Part shown: positions 13,817-25,426 of the stretch, piece after piece | Layout of the letters: each line of letters starts with the position of its first letter | Numbering within the stretch: position 1 is the first letter of the stretch | Assembly (NCBI GenBank): GCA_904063045.1 | Contig: CAJFCJ010000001.1 | Location: forward strand, 2,790,001 to 2,854,000 | Direction of reading: 5' to 3' | DNA length: 64,000 nt | Source: Dimorphilus gyrociliatus | Lineage: Eukaryota > Animalia > Annelida | Position numbers and translations under genes: made by a program | Notes under the pieces: generated by a model | Told to the model about the DNA's origin: nothing | Databases searched by the model: none | The model's input: only the letters and a program-made list of their open reading frames with translations

Positions 13817-14600
13817 AATACTTTTTTACTGTTACGTTTACTACATATGAATCATTATTCAATAATTTCAAATTTATTAACTTGTTATTCAATACACTCT
13901 CTAGGAAATTGTTTTGTGAGAAAACGAGAGAGAGAGACAGAGAAAGGAGGAGAGAGCTTTAAAATATTACGCAATATCGTTTTATAGGCGTACTTCTTAT
14001 TAACTCCAGAAGCTAAAAAGACCCATGAGTCACTCATACGGTATACACAGAAGTCTTCCTAAATTTGTAGCTATGTAGCATTTACTAACAAAATAAATAG
14101 AAAGAATAATAATATAATTCAAGTAAACTTGAAAAACTTGAGTTGCTCATAATGGTTATCCCGTATTCAATAGTTCATTAGCTAACTAGACTCTAATTTT
14201 ATCAAAGATACCCAAAAGAAACACCATTAAAATACTTGCTTTTTATATTTATTAATACTATTTTTTCGCCATTTTATCATCAAAAATATTTCGGCATATT
14301 GGAAATTTAATACATTCCATCAATTTAAAATAAAACAAAGAAAAAATCAAAATGACTAATACATACACGTCCTGTAGATTAGAGACTAAGAGTTGGAGAG
14401 CGAAAGAAAAGAACCATACATAATAGACGAAAACTATATTTTGTTTGTTTAGTGTTAGAGAACTTTGATTTACCTATTTAAAAAAAAAACAATAATTCGA
14501 CTAATGTAATATATTTTGTATTTTATTGGAATATTAGAAGAATACTAATGAATAAAGTACAAAGTATAACTCACTAACAAATCATCTACAATAATCGAGA

Positions 14601-14629
14601 ATGAGAGAGAGAGAGTATATTGATGTGTG

Positions 14630-14662
<33 letters not shown>

Positions 14663-14710
14663 TTGCTTGCATGTATGTGTGCATGTATGTAAGTATGTAC
14701 GGGTGTGTAT
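14601..14710. repeat. Compound (GA)n/(TA)n/(TG)n microsatellite just downstream of MAP2K copy B
   Basis: Direct reading of dinucleotide runs. Confidence 0.9.
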
Positions 14711-14723
14711 GCGTGGAATGACA

Positions 14724-15734
14724 CTATTCGTTCGCGAATTCTTGAACAAAAGAGGATATATCAACACTTTGACACTTTTCTATAAATGGTTTTTTCAATA
14801 AGTCTGCATATCTTGGTCTTTCGTTGACATCTTTCTTTAGTGTAGAATTTATAAAATCATTAAATTCGTCGGAATATTCTCCAGCTGGTAAAGTTGGCGA
14901 TGGTTTTGTTACAACATCATTTAAGGCTTCAAAAGCATTTTGCCATCCTCTATATGGAAATTTTCCCGTAGTAAATTCCAAAACAGTTATACCTAAACTC
15001 CAAACATCAGCTCTTGACGAGAAGCCTACTTGACCATCTCTGGGACTTATTTTCTCTGGTGCTAGGTACGGCTTAGAACCAACGTTTGAAAATGCCAATG
15101 ACTCCTTGACAATATTTCCGGATATGCCAAAATCGCACACTTTAACACGACCACACTTATTAATCAAGATATTTGATGGTTTAACATCTCTATGAAGAAC
15201 GGAAACTTCATCTCGCAAATAACTAAGGCCCTTGATAATTTGATAGGTAATATTACCTATAATATTCTCAGGTATTTTATAGTTTTCATCTGCTCCAAAA
15301 ATATTCTCTCTTAGCTTATCTAAAGACATATCCATTCTCTCCATTATCATCCATAATTCACCCTCCAAACTCATAGCCCCGTAAAAGTTGACGGTATACG
15401 GACAGTCTTTACTCTGAGCTGCCACATAAACTTCCATGAGGGTCCTTCTCTGACCTTCTTCGAAAGAAGCCAAGGTCATTCTCTTAACTGCAAAAGATTT
15501 ACCGGATTGTCTGTCCCTAACTAGGTCAACGTGTCCGTACGCTCCGCGACCCAGATTTTGAATAGTTTGCAGATTATCGGCGTGAAGAACAATTTCCTCG
15601 TTGTCTACATGTATCCTAGCTTCACTTCCTAAATTTCTCATGATAGCATCTAAATGCTCAGGACTAGGAGTTGTTGTTACCCTATCATTAACGGGATCTA
15701 GTTTCTGAAGTGTAAACTGCTTTCTTTTCTTCAT
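14724..15734 (-). CDS. Dual-specificity MAP kinase kinase, MKK3/6-like, copy B (intronless CDS, 336 aa)
   Basis: N-terminal basic/hydrophobic D-site-like KKRKQFTL, then GRGAYG, AVK, HRDVKPSN, DFGISG, SLAFS activation loop, APE and a DVD-like tail VDISSFVQEF. Confidence 0.92.
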   Translation of the reverse strand: MKKRKQFTLQKLDPVNDRVTTTPSPEHLDAIMRNLGSEARIHVDNEEIVLHADNLQTIQNLGRGAYGHVDLVRDRQSGKSFAVKRMTLASFEEGQRRTLMEVYVAAQSKDCPYTVNFYGAMSLEGELWMIMERMDMSLDKLRENIFGADENYKIPENIIGNITYQIIKGLSYLRDEVSVLHRDVKPSNILINKCGRVKVCDFGISGNIVKESLAFSNVGSKPYLAPEKISPRDGQVGFSSRADVWSLGITVLEFTTGKFPYRGWQNAFEALNDVVTKPSPTLPAGEYSDEFNDFINSTLKKDVNERPRYADLLKKPFIEKCQSVDISSFVQEFANE

Positions 15735-16421
15735 TTTTTGACTGTTTATACACGAAAAGATTAAAAGGTATAGGGGGGAATTTCAAAATGACTCACATAT
15801 ATACATTGTCAAATGGATAATAAAGTTTAACTTACTTTTCCATAAATTGAGTCGATTTTAAATTAGCTTAATTTATCAACAAAATTAACTCTAAATTATT
15901 TCGCAAAAATACAAGAAAAGACAACTTTTAACTAGTAAATGTCTGACATAAACATTACTAAATGTTGTCAGTCTAGGATAAAATTCCGACTGGTGTTTTA
16001 CTAGCTTATAACCGTTGGTTATAAACACGAATGGTGGCTCCCCTAGCGAGTCAAATTAGCTTCAAGTTTCAAGTACTGTACATTTATATCTAAAATGCTA
16101 AGATAATTTCAAGTTGAATAATAAATATTTCGTTTCAATAAAAAACATTTTACAGGAAGAAATATATACTAATATATTTATATAATAAAATATAGGCTTA
16201 GTTAATAAAAAAAATCAGTATTATTCTTATTTCTCACATAATAAAAATCATTTTTATATTATAGTTGTTTTTTGCTTTAAAATGTGAAATTATACAGAGA
16301 TATGAAAAGAAAACAAACAAATATTCAGTCAGCATTTTTTTCCCCACTTTTGTCAAAAGAAAAGACCGAAGAAAAAAACAGTATCCTCCTTTTCTTTGTC
16401 TTATTTCTTTCTATTAAAATT

Positions 16422-17223
16422 TCAGGTAATATTATAAGTATAGTTATTAGATGACTGCTGATAAAGTGCTGCTCCGTAATAATCTATAACATAATCAGAT
16501 CCATCTGCTGGTTTTACTACCTGAAGAGCAATTAAGAGAACATCAACAAAGTGACCAACAAACATTAAACCAAGAGTACATAACTTGATTAAACCTAAAT
16601 GGAAAATTAACAAGCATAAGTAGATTATCCGTAAGCAATCTATTTTAAATAATTGTACCTATAGCTGAATAGCCTAGATAAAACCTATCAACTCCCAACA
16701 TTCCAAGAAAAATAGAAAATAATAAGGCTGTATCAAATCTTTTGCCATTTCTGTTAAAATAGATAGAACAAATCAGAAAATATACTTTTAGGTCGTATTT
16801 TTTTTCCTTACGTCCATTTACAAGGCACAGTCATTTGAAAACCTCTTGTAGAGCCATTATGAACTTTCCCATCGCATAATATATTTTCTACTGGATAACA
16901 CCACACTGAAAATTTTATTTCCAATAAATCTTTTCATTATAAGAAACTATTTAATTTATCAGATTTTACCCCTAGATGTTCTTGTTTCCTCGTTACAATT
17001 ATCTGCGGCTTGTCTCTCTGGATCAATTAGAGGTTCGTCGCATCTATATCTTTGTCTAGCTAAGGAAGTTTATTTTATTCAACGGAGCATTTACACACAA
17101 AAAAGACGTTTTAAAAGGATACTGTCCCTTTCTTAGGGATGAGCACTTCAATTTAGTTAAATTGTCTCCAAGTATCAGTTGTAAATATGATAAAATGAGG
17201 AGCGTCAATACGTTTAGATGCAT
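16422..17223 (-). CDS. TM2D1: TM2 domain-containing protein 1 (multi-exon)
   Basis: Signal peptide MHLNVLTLLILSYLQLILG, then CSSLRKGQYRCDEPLIDP, and last exon LGLIKLCTLGLMFVGHFVDVLLIALQVVKPADGSDYVIDYYGA matching the TM2D1 C-terminus. Confidence 0.88.
17050..17122 (-). other. U12-type (minor spliceosome) GT-AG intron in TM2D1
   Basis: 5' splice site GTATCCTTT; branch-like TTCCTTAGC at 17067-17059 with the A 11 nt before the AG. Removing the intron joins CA+A TAT AGA TGC (QYRC) in frame. Confidence 0.8.
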
Positions 17224-17524
17224 TCTGGCGATCATCGAACTTACAGAATCGCGCGATATTCAAAAAATATCTCTTGAATTTCTCTAGTTTGGTTTTATAA
17301 CAAGGATTTAAACATTTTCTGCACTATCAAAAAATCTCACGAAGCGATCTCTTACTTCTCTCTTAACGATAACTAAAAATTATATTTTTATAGAGCTGTT
17401 TTCTTTGAATTTTAACATAAGTCTCAGCTTGGAGGAAAATTACTTTAGTTTTTATTTTATGGCGCATGCTCGTAAATAAACTGGTGTCATTTATTTCCGG
17501 TTTAAAAGACATCACAACCGAAAG

Positions 17525-18758
17525 ATGGGTCTCGAAGTAGAGGAATCAAATACAGCTATTCAAAACGAACCTGAGGTAATTTGTATTATATAGATGTTTA
17601 AATTCAGAAATATTATTTATATCTGGTGTTAGCTGTATATTTTTACATATTTATCATGTAGAACTTCAAGATATTTACCTTGAAGGTCACAGCGTGTTAG
17701 ATTTGTCCCTTGATCATTACCGACAATTGTATAGTAGGTAATCTAGCACTTATTTCTTTTTCTTAATAAATAAGACCGAAATAGTCCAAAATTTCGAGAA
17801 TAATGAAGAAGCTAGTGTAGAGGAAACTGTAGCTGACGAAGAACAAGTAGAGTCAACAGAAGCCGAGTCCAATCAAGATGAAGTATTCCCTTCTACAGAG
17901 TTTCATTTTCGGTAGCGGCAGCCAAATTTATAAGAAAATCATATATTGTTTTAACAAAAACCTTTAAAATGTATTAAATTTGAATTCTGTTCCATTCATC
18001 TTACATATTCTATGCGTAAGCTTACTTAAATTTAATCTATGTATTGTATCAAAAACATCTAGGCTTGCTACCGAATTAGGAACATCTGTAATATTAAATT
18101 AGGTTCTATGATCTCTGCTATTATAATTTTATTTTTGAAGCAATAGTTCTTATTTATTTATAATAGAGTGTTAGTGTACTTAATTATATTCCGTAGATAT
18201 TATCTTATGGTCTTACGGTCTAATTATTTTGAATGACAGAGGCATAATAATTTCATTGCTGGATTTGGCTTGTGAAACAGAGATGATCTTTTCTTCTTTT
18301 ATATCTTAATTAATTAATTTTTTGTCTTTTTAAAACAGGTTGAGGAGGAAGAAGAAGAGGTATGTTTCAATTTAATATTGCATTATTTTATTTATATTGT
18401 TTTATTTCATTCTTCCCTGAACAACAGGAATTAGAGGTGAGTTTTTTCTTTAAATTTTCTTGAATATCTTTCAACTCTTTTCCTTGATTATCTTTAGGAT
18501 CCTCTGGATTCGCTAAAGGAAAGCTGTGGAGAGTCGAGCGCTTGTGCTAGCTACAAAGCTGAATTGGATAAGTGTACTGAGAGAGTGACAAGCCATCCGG
18601 AAACAACTGAGAATTGTTCGCAAGAATTATACGATTTCATGCATTGCGTTGATAAATGCGTAAGTAATCAAAAGTTCATAGATGTTTTATGGCAATTATT
18701 AATATAGTATTTTGAATAATTTTAGGTATCAAAGCAACTATTTAGCAAATTGAAATAG
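17525..18758 (+). CDS. UQCRH: Cytochrome b-c1 complex subunit 6 (hinge protein)
   Basis: Exons 17525-17575, 18339-18359, 18428-18436, 18498-18660 and 18726-18758 give an acidic N-terminus then DPLDSLKESC...CTERV...ENCSQELYDFMHCVDKCVSKQLFSKLK*. Not in the ORF track. Confidence 0.93.
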
Positions 18759-18941
18759 AATACAACAATGTTCACATACATTTAAGTGACTTTAGATGAT
18801 AATTGAAAAAAAAACACCTAATAATAATATCATCCGAATGTTTTTCAATAAACAACAAGAAGTATAGCGTTTGTTTGGAATTGTTTTTTTTATTTTATAT
18901 TTGATAAAAATAACTCTAGATAAAATTTTTAATACTCCAAA

Positions 18942-21900
18942 CTAGGCAGCTCCAACCAATTCGTAGCAATCGCTACCTTTCTTCAATAGAAATCCGTGAT
19001 CGTTGATTTTTTGAATCAGCTTTCCAAAATCAGGTCCTTCAGCAATATTCTACAAGAAAGCAATATTTAATTTACTCTGAACGCTAATTTTAGCAATATT
19101 CATTTACTTTAGCTAGATTTCTTAATTCTCTAAAAGTGAACAACTTATTTCCTGTTGAATCGAAATAATGACGCAATTTTTGCAGATATGTTTTAACCTG
19201 TTCAGTTAGTAAATTAGATTATTCAAAAAAGGAACAATTCTGAAAGAGATATTTAAGTGTCTCACCTGACTGCGACCGGTTAGTCCGACTCCCATTTGGG
19301 ATCTTGAGAAATCAACCTTTCCTTCCTCATCAGAATACGTATCTAGGAGACTATATTCCATCATTTCTATAACATCCATAGCATCTTCTACTGTAACTTC
19401 CTCTCGAAGGTCGACTTTTGCTCTGGCTTCAGCCAATCGCATCAGGCTCTCCAGCTGTCTTGCAGTTATTGGTAAATAATCGGCTGAACTGTATTTTTCC
19501 AACCAATCAACATGAAATTTTCGAAGAACTTCGCCAGCTTCTGCGGTGAGTTTAGGTGCAACAAATTTTCGAGCATATGCAACATATTTTCGGAATAATT
19601 CGACAGGTAATAAATCGATTTCTCCATTCTTTGCCCTCAGTTGTCGATGTAAGCGAGAAGATTTCTTCTTTTTATTGAATTCTATGTCCTGTTATATTAA
19701 AGGTTTACAACAAACAATATAGTGTATACCCTAAATAAAATATCTTATAGTAATAGTAAAAAATATCTGATGAACATACTTGCATATCTTGAACCATATC
19801 AGAGTTATGCATTTGCATAACATGAGATGACAAAAGTCTATCTGTTTCCTTTAATATAGAAATATCATTGAAGATTTTGAAAAGGTTTTATTTTAAGACT
19901 CAAACCTCATCCGGCCTATCCAATAATATAAAAACTAGATCAAATCTTGATAGTAAAGCACTTCCCATTCTTAAAATAGATTAAATGAATTAAATAAAAT
20001 TCGAATATTGTTTGTAAATGATAGGAAAGTTTACCGTAAATTTTCTGACACAGTTTTCGATTGCTTATATTCTCCACCAGACGGATTAGCTGCAGCCATA
20101 ATTGAAGTTCTTGATGGTAGATTACAAACTATACCTCCTTTAGAAAAGCTAATAGTTTGTTGCTCCATCGACTCAAGGAGAGCTTGATGCTGCTTTGACA
20201 TTTTATCTAACTCATCAACGCAACAAACGCCTTTGTCTGCCAAAATAAGGGCTCCTCCTTCCATTGTATAGTCATTGCCATCGCCACTCTTGCGAGCAGT
20301 TACCTTAAAAATATAATTTGAAAGTTTTTAAAATTTACTCTCCGTAGCAACTCAATTAATCAGCCTATACCGTTAAACCTGATGAAGATGCAGAATTACC
20401 ACAGACATAAACGTTTCGGCTTGCAACAGAGGCAATACTTCGAAGCATTTGGCTCTTGCCCAAACCAGGATCACCAACTATCAAAATATGAATAGACCCT
20501 CGAGAAGGAATTATATTTTTCTTCGTTTGCTATCGTTATTACATTTTCAGCTAATTAGAAACATTTCAGGATTTACTTACGACTGAATTTTCATAATCAC
20601 CACCTCCAGAAAACAATGATAAAACTAATCCAGCCTTTACTAAATCATGTCCATAGACCATTGGACAAAGCGATTTAACCAATAATCTAAAGATATTCTT
20701 TTCAGAGTGAATAGCTCTTACGACTTGAAGGTCATTTTCGGAAAAATAGACATCAATAGATGAGAGAGGACTATCATTGCTTCTTTCGTTTACGATGGCA
20801 TTCACATCCAAATAAAAACAAAGTGAATTTTGCGATCGTCCCTTTCCCTTCCCTTAAAAACAAATCAAGATCTATTAAAGAAGAAAGTAATCAAAGAAAT
20901 AAACAAAAATACCTTGCTCTATATCTTGTACTTTAACGATACCAGTTACTTCTACTAAATCTCCCGGAATACAAGAATCCACTAATTGCAATAGTATTAT
21001 TAGACTTTATGATAAATTACTCTAAAATAACAATTTACTACCAAGTTCATTAAGAAGTTGGCATTCTATTGTTCTAGGAATATCACTTGCTTTAACACTT
21101 TCTTCTTTCTCTACTTCTTGAACCCTTGTTTGGAAAGTTAAGTTTGAAAATCTTAATTTTCTTTTTATAAGTTATATATAAATACCTGATGAATTGTAAA
21201 TCGGTACATATAGTTTGTCGACTATTTAATAAAGGCGTAAATGATTTACTTCTACAGTCTACATTCGGACACTGATAGTTAAGAAAAAATATTAACTTTT
21301 CATTAATTATCTAATTTAATTATTCTAATACAAACTAACGTCAATAGGTTCTTGAATTCTTCCATCATGGCACTGTTCAACCGCTATCATTCTACACTCG
21401 TCGCATCTATAAGCAATTTGTAATGTATACTGCTTATTATTTCCAACTGACACAACCACACCCCTTATACTTATAAATCTACCAAGAGTTTTATGATGAA
21501 TATCAGTAATAAGTGATAAGGGTTTCAAATTTATAATTCTAGCATAAATCTTTGGCGCGGTACATTTTTTTGAGAAAACTTTCTCGTGATAATTCAAAAT
21601 TCTCTAGATATTAAAATTGAATCTGGTATTAAAATTTAGTTTTTTAAAGATGAAATAAACTTTACTTGATGCATAGCCAATCCAAGGCAATTAATAATTA
21701 ACGATGGATTCGATTGAAATAAATCAGCTATTGTTGGTAAACGATTTGATATAACGTCTGTAGATGATAATAAGTTAGAATTAATCTAAAATTCTTAGTT
21801 CCTCTTACTTTCTTCTCTAATTAAATGAGTGAAATCGATAAAAAAGTATTCATTTGTTTTGATTTTTAACTGTAAAACAGTGATATAATTAATAAAAATT

Positions 21901-22364
21901 TGGAATAAAGTAGAGAAAATATTTACGAAATCAAATTCATTATCAGCTTCGTCTAAATAGTCCATGAATACTTTAACTTTGTGATCAATTCCTGGATTTT
22001 CGATGCATTCTATAGATATAAATTTAATGAATATTTTATATTAAACAATACGTACTTCAAACTTTTATATGATTTCAGACTTACTTTGGCCAGCAAAATA
22101 ATGATGCCAGCCAGCATAAGGACATATATCATCCATCTTAGATTGCTTGGATTGATGTTCGTTAGATTGGTCCTTATAATGATTTCGCTTCGATTCGGAA
22201 GTATCTTTCATAACGTTTTAAGAGTTAAATACAACAAAAGTAAGTTGAAAGAACATTAAGATTCACATACGATTCTTTCCTCTCCTACTGTAATTGCCTC
22301 TCTTAAACCATTTACCACGACCATCACCTCTTCTTTTTGAACTATTATTTTCCTCGATTGGCAT
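18942..22364 (-). CDS. MCM8: DNA helicase MCM8 (multi-exon)
   Basis: RG-rich N-terminus from ATG 22364; zinc site YRCDEC; LCPMVYGHDLVKAGL; Walker A GDPGLGKSQML; Walker B VDELDKM with the MCM8-typical QHQALLE; ITARQLESLMRL; last exon NDHGFLLKKG...TAG 18944-18942. Confidence 0.93.
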
Positions 22365-22761
22365 ATTCTAAATAGTTTTTCAATGTTAAATAAGATATTT
22401 TAGTTAAAAAAAATTTCGAAAAGTTTGAAAAGATAAACTCTTAGATTATCGCTCGGTTCCGACCAGTTTATAAAATAGAATAGAGTATGTTTTCTTATGA
22501 GTACATATAGATAGAGTGGTGTTGTCAGCAGCCATCTACTATGTTGAATCGCAGAAATTAAGATTTATCAGTCATGTTGTGAGATTATGTGAGACATTAA
22601 ATATTTAATTTCTTCTGAGTTCTGCAAATGGGTAGAAAACTTATAGGCAAAATTCACTGGTAAAAACGACATTGTTCTAGTTTGGTACGTAAACATATTA
22701 AGCAAAAAATATCCTGTTAATTATATAATCTCTAATTGTAGCTTGAAAGTTACTTGGAATA

Positions 22762-25004
22762 ATGCTTTTACAAATTTGTTATGAATGGAAAAATGAAAAG
22801 ATTACAAAGTCATTTGATGGAATTACCCTACTCCAAGGCTTTAGACCATGGTGTGACCTTATGGATAAAAACAAACGAGTTGAGGCTGTACCAACTTTTC
22901 AACCTATTCACTGGTTTAAGGTTTTTATGATAAAGCAAATAGATATAAGCTGCTTTGAGAGGAAATTAAGAGTGAAATGGAATAAAAATCAAAATGAATT
23001 TACTGAAAGAGAGTTATCGGATAATCTTATTCATAGTGATCTTTTCTCAAGAGCATTTAATTTATGTGTTCAACCCGTTAAACGGGAGGATCTCGGCAGA
23101 GTTTTGTTAGAGTTTCTAAATATTTCGCTATTCCCAGCAATACCTATTGTAGAAGATTGCGTAGAGGAACTGCATCAGGCTATAGCTCAACTGCAAAAAT
23201 ATGTTGACGATCACAATCGAAGACTTAATCTCAAAAATGACACGGTTAAAAGTAACCAAAAGCATGTGATATTACTTTTAATGAAACTAATTGAAGAGAC
23301 TGATGTTATTAATAATCCTATTGAATTAACATACTATAAAAAGGAGGAAGTTGAATGGTTTTCGAGAGAGTTAGAAAGTGTAAAAAGATGGATGGAAGTT
23401 ACACTAGAAGCTGAAATTAAATCAGAAATTTCTGATAATAGATTTAAGTTTTTAAATGAACTATTCAATCCATACAAAACAGCTATTGGAAATGTTGGCG
23501 ATATCCTTCGTAATTGGAGAGAAAGGAGTTTGTTTCGTTTTAAAAAATACAGCAAAAATTCAATTAGAGAAAAATTATACGCTGTGCAAGAAGCTAAAGA
23601 AAGTGTTGTCAAAGCCAAACAGGTAAAACTGCACTCTAGCTATATTGAAATAATATAAGGTTAACTATAGATTATATAAATTTATACTGTATATATATGC
23701 TAGTCTGTATAATATAATGGTTCTGTAGTTAGGACATCAATATAATAATTTTTTGATAATATTCACATAAAAGAGGTATCACAGCACTTACAAATTAATA
23801 TCAGTAAGGATCGACTGAATATGTTTTAGTAATTTCTTATCATAAGATATCGGACATTGACTTTAGACTATTGTTAATAGCACAGTCTAACATTTTTCAG
23901 GAGAGGCAAGTATCTCTGGATCGGAAAATGGTTATAAACGCTTTAATTGAGGCTGCCAAATCATCCTTTCGTGGAGTACCTAGTCATAATTTGTTGGGAA
24001 CATATCCAGAACTTTTTGTCTTAGATGGAGCTAAACCGTCAACCTTAGAGGAGAACATTGAATACTTGATAATAAAAAATGAGACAATTTTTGACAAGCA
24101 TCAAAATTTTTGCATGGAAATTGTTAAAAAATGTAAGACTCTATCACCGCCTGAAAGGAAAGCAACAGATACAAAAGCCAGAGGACTTCGAAGGAGCATG
24201 ACTTTACCAAATCGATTGTCTGGAACAATCAACTCTCTTAATCGCCCAGATTTCGAGAAATTTGAACAATTTTTGTCTGATTTCTGGAAAACTTCTGTTC
24301 CTAGTCACTTTCTCGAAATGACTGAACTGCTAATCTCTGAATTGTCCAGTGACTTTAAAGATAATGTTGATAGTATTGAAAAAATATATATTCGACATTT
24401 TTATGTCGCTATTCATCGACCTATATTGGAAGTCTATCAACGCTTTTACAGAGATCGTCTTGAAAATACTTCCTGTTTAACTTTTGAAGACTTAAAAATG
24501 GAAGAAAGTGACGTAGTGAAGGAGATATTTAACGAAATGGAATTTTCCGATGATGAAGACAGTTGTAGTACAACAAAACCCAGAAATGAATTTTACGACT
24601 ATCCAGACACAGCTGTAGATGCTATGAGATTGGAAGAGATAAAAATGAATATTCCTTGTGAGAAGCCGCCCTACTTTAACAGTCAATATAAAAAGAAATT
24701 GGGAAAAGTATATGAAAGTTTGTTACAAGCTAGCTCCTGTCCAATTCCCGAACTGGCCATGGAACATTTAAAAGCGGCATTCGAATCATACAGGCAGGTA
24801 CTCAAACTATCGAAGATAAACGGCGATACGATACCTGACGCTTTAGTTATATTATTATTGAACATTGATTCATCAATGCTTTTAGATTTGTTCTCAAACG
24901 TTTCATTTTTCTTTAACGTAAATCCTCAAAATCACAGCCAAGATAGTTATTGTTTATTGACACACTTTACTGCAGCAGGCCACTATTTATATTCCATATT
25001 CTAA
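22762..25004 (+). CDS. Divergent VPS9D1-like protein (2 coding exons, intron 23623-23900; start uncertain)
   Basis: The two long ORFs join in phase 0 (AKQ|ERQVSLDRKM). ESVVKAKQERQVSLDRKM..EAAKSSF resembles the VPS9D1 coiled region as I recall it, and the C-terminal GDTIPDALVILL...SYCLLTHFTAAGHYL resembles a VPS9 domain. Confidence 0.5.
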
Positions 25005-25426
25005 ATCATCTGTTTTCTTGAGTTGTTAATACTTTCTCAATAATCATCTAAGAAATTAATTGGGTAATTTTTGACACATAAAACTTACAATGAAAGATAA
25101 CCCAAAAGATCATACAACATAAAAAAAAGTCTGTTTTAAAGACGTCTCCTGTTTGTCAAAATGCCACTGAATTAAATTGTTACTTTCTCTCTCTTTTCCT
25201 TTCTGTTGTGTAAAAGATGATAAATGCAAAAACAAACAAAAATTTGATACCACTACAACTCCATTAAAAAAAATAAAAACACGCATTTAAAGAAAATAAA
25301 TAAACAAACAATAATTTAATGTTATTTTGTTTTTTTTTTCAAAAAGTTGAATTGATATTTTCAAATTATTTTTTTTTATTTAATACAAATAAATAAATAA
25401 AAACCAGAATAATATATGATTTATTC

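Noticed and set aside
16033-16052. CTCF-like motif (TCGCTAGGGGAGC on minus strand) upstream of MAP2K copy B
   Set aside because: Several core mismatches and a single short instance; not supportable.
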